Positions 62,191-64,000 of a DNA stretch of 64,000 nt are shown here, piece by piece. The notes beneath the pieces are model-generated. The model was given only the letters and a program-made list of their open reading frames with translations, did no database searches and had not been told where the DNA came from. This stretch comes from Escherichia phage AV122. Numbering within the stretch: the stretch's first letter is position 1; every line of letters begins with the position of its first letter. The stretch is taken from sequence record OR352952.1; one strand, written 5' to 3'. A program made the position numbers and the translations under genes.

Positions 62191-62547
62191 TTAAAAGAAT
62201 TTAAACTTTTTCTTTGATCTTTTATTAAATGCATCTTGTAGTTGCATTGTAATACATTTTTCTACATGAGGAGCTAACTCAGCTTTTCTTTCTTGGTCAA
62301 GAACAGCAAAGTCCATTACGACTTTTCCATCAACCCAATCTAATTTTGTCACATACACAATGTGTGTAGAACCATCTTCTAGTTTAATGACAATCTCCTG
62401 GATAACATTTTCCATGGCAGATTTAATTATCTTAAGAGATTCATTAAAAAGACGTTCTTTTCTTTCTTCTTCCCCCTCCGAAGAGGGGGATTCATCGATA
62501 ATTTCTAGATCTAAATCATCTTTATTCATTAAATTCTTCCATATCAC
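62191..62547 (-). CDS. 40: gp40-position protein
   Basis: 118 aa between uvsX and 41. Confidence 0.65.
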   Translation of the reverse strand: MIWKNLMNKDDLDLEIIDESPSSEGEEERKERLFNESLKIIKSAMENVIQEIVIKLEDGSTHIVYVTKLDWVDGKVVMDFAVLDQERKAELAPHVEKCITMQLQDAFNKRSKKKFKFF

Positions 62548-63703
62548 TTAGCTGATCTAGGTCAGTTTCTAAATCAGCAGCTGATTTACTTTTACTTTCT
62601 GGAGATTTAAATTTTTCAACTTTTGAGTTAATTAATTCATCAACTTCCGCTTCAACAATTTCATTACTATCAATAGCACCTAACTGATAAGCACGCTTAA
62701 TAGCATCACGGAATGGTTGATGCTTAAATAAAGGACCCCAGAATGTAGTGCAGTTGGTATCTTTTGCACGCCAAGATTTTTCTTCGCGAATCATCTCGCC
62801 GGTTTCTTCATCAAGAAATTCACGAGCATACCAACCATTTTTAGGTTTTACCACGAATCCTAATTCTAGAGCCATATCTAACAATCCAGAATAAGGATCG
62901 ATACCACCGTCAAATTTAACATCAATAAAGAATTTACTTTTTTCTTTAACGGTACGAGATTTTTCTACATTTAGAACAAATTGATACCCCTGAAGATCAG
63001 AACCATCTTTAATTTGACGTTTACCGATAATGAATACAGTATCAGCCGAATACATTACGCCTGTACCACCTGTCATCACGGTTTTACTAAACATTTCAAT
63101 TGTTTCAATTGTATGGTTAACCGCAACGCATGGAATATTTTTAATGCTAAAGTAAGGAGTAACAATACGGAATAATGACTTCAGCGATTTAGCACGAGTC
63201 ATATCTGCCACAGATTTTTCATTCAAGGCATCTTCAGTTTCTTTCTTAGAAGCCATATTACCGATTGAGTCGATGAATACAATAACTTTTTCACCGCGCT
63301 CAATAGCTTCAAGCTGATTCACCATATCAATTTTCAGCTGTTCAACTGACTGGATTGGCGTATGAATTACTCGTTCCGGGTCAACTCCCATGGATCGCAA
63401 ATAAGCTGGAGTAATACCAAATTCGCTATCATAGAATAGACAAACCGCGTCAGGATATTTGTTCAAATACGCCGCAACCATAGTCAAAGACATATTTGAT
63501 TTAAAGTGTTTAGAAGGACCTGCAAAAATAGTTAAACCAGACTGCATGCCGCCATCAATCGCACCAGAAATAGCAATATTAAGCATTGGAATTTTTGTAC
63601 GAATTACATCCTTTTCATTAAAGAATTTAGATGTAGTCAGTTCAGCAGTCATTTTAGAAGTGGAAGCTTTAATCAAACGGGATTTTAAATCTGCAATAGA
63701 CAT
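62522..63703 (-). CDS. uvsX: UvsX recombinase (RecA-like)
   Basis: 393 aa; Walker A GPSKHFKS; recognised as T4 UvsX. Confidence 0.95.
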   Translation of the reverse strand: MSIADLKSRLIKASTSKMTAELTTSKFFNEKDVIRTKIPMLNIAISGAIDGGMQSGLTIFAGPSKHFKSNMSLTMVAAYLNKYPDAVCLFYDSEFGITPAYLRSMGVDPERVIHTPIQSVEQLKIDMVNQLEAIERGEKVIVFIDSIGNMASKKETEDALNEKSVADMTRAKSLKSLFRIVTPYFSIKNIPCVAVNHTIETIEMFSKTVMTGGTGVMYSADTVFIIGKRQIKDGSDLQGYQFVLNVEKSRTVKEKSKFFIDVKFDGGIDPYSGLLDMALELGFVVKPKNGWYAREFLDEETGEMIREEKSWRAKDTNCTTFWGPLFKHQPFRDAIKRAYQLGAIDSNEIVEAEVDELINSKVEKFKSPESKSKSAADLETDLDQLSDMEEFNE

Positions 63704-63756
63704 TCATTTTTTCCATAGGCATCATTATATTTTCCTCACTGGTTAAAGATAGAGTA

Positions 63757-63780
63757 ATTATAACACAATAAATTTAGGCA
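63757..63780 (-). promoter_or_regulatory. possible middle-type promoter upstream of uvsX
   Basis: TATAAT with TGCCTAA (MotA-box-like) 11 nt upstream. Confidence 0.3.
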
Positions 63781-64000
63781 TTAATCAACTGCTATTGGAT
63801 GAATAGCATTAAACTTATGAAATGCTTCTGATTTTTCTTTACGCGAAACACACATGCGAAGAACCTTTAATGGCTCGTCTTCTTCACCCAACGATTTTCG
63901 TTTTTCAATATTCGACGTTTTCCAACGAGCTTGCTCTGGAAACTCTCTATTGATTTGCTCAAGCGCTCTATTATGTTTAGAATTACTACGAATTGAACTA
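63781..64000 (-). CDS. 3' end of unidentified ORF (5' part beyond window)
   Basis: Open frame on minus strand ending ...KSEAFHKFNAIHPIAVD with stop at 63781-63783. Confidence 0.4.
   Translation of the reverse strand, partial: SSIRSNSKHNRALEQINREFPEQARWKTSNIEKRKSLGEEDEPLKVLRMCVSRKEKSEAFHKFNAIHPIAVD

Overview
This window reads as one contiguous stretch of a T4-like (T-even) Escherichia phage genome in the same orientation as the T4 map. Calls rest on protein sequences and motifs I recognise in the supplied translations plus conserved T4 gene order; no database search or alignment was run. Minus strand (early/middle genes), low to high coordinate: 5' end of DNA ligase gene 30 (truncated at position 1), nine 30.x ORFs, rIII, 31, cd, pseT, alc, rnlA, denA, nrdB, nrdA, td, frd, 32, 59, 33, dsbA, rnh. 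Plus strand (late genes): long tail fibre operon 34-35-36-37-38 and holin t. Minus strand again: asiA, arn, motA, 52, stp, ndd, denB, rIIB, rIIA, 39, goF/cef/motB region, dexA, dda, modA, modB, soc, 56, 61, a 61.x/sp/dmd cluster, 41, 40, uvsX, then an unidentified partial ORF at the window end. Several ORF-track starts are GTG/TTG extensions that run into promoter sequence; I trimmed these to the ATG with a Shine-Dalgarno (SD) sequence. Gene junctions frequently overlap as ATGA or TAATG. About 19 minus-strand early promoters share one architecture (GTTTAC[A/T], 17 nt spacer, TAnnAT), and TATAAATA late promoter boxes precede genes 34, 36, t, soc and 32. Differences from T4 as I recall it: td and nrdB are uninterrupted, gene 39 is a single ORF with no gene 60 split, and an extra ORF sits between frd and td. 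No tRNA, rRNA or CRISPR array was seen. I do not see an obviously new multi-gene system. The candidates most worth follow-up are a NADAR-like protein at the 30.3 position, a duplicated 61.2-like paralog pair, a plus-strand small membrane ORF between 56 and 61, a 251-aa ORF with a degenerate HNH-like motif, and the repeat-rich gp37 tail fibre tip.
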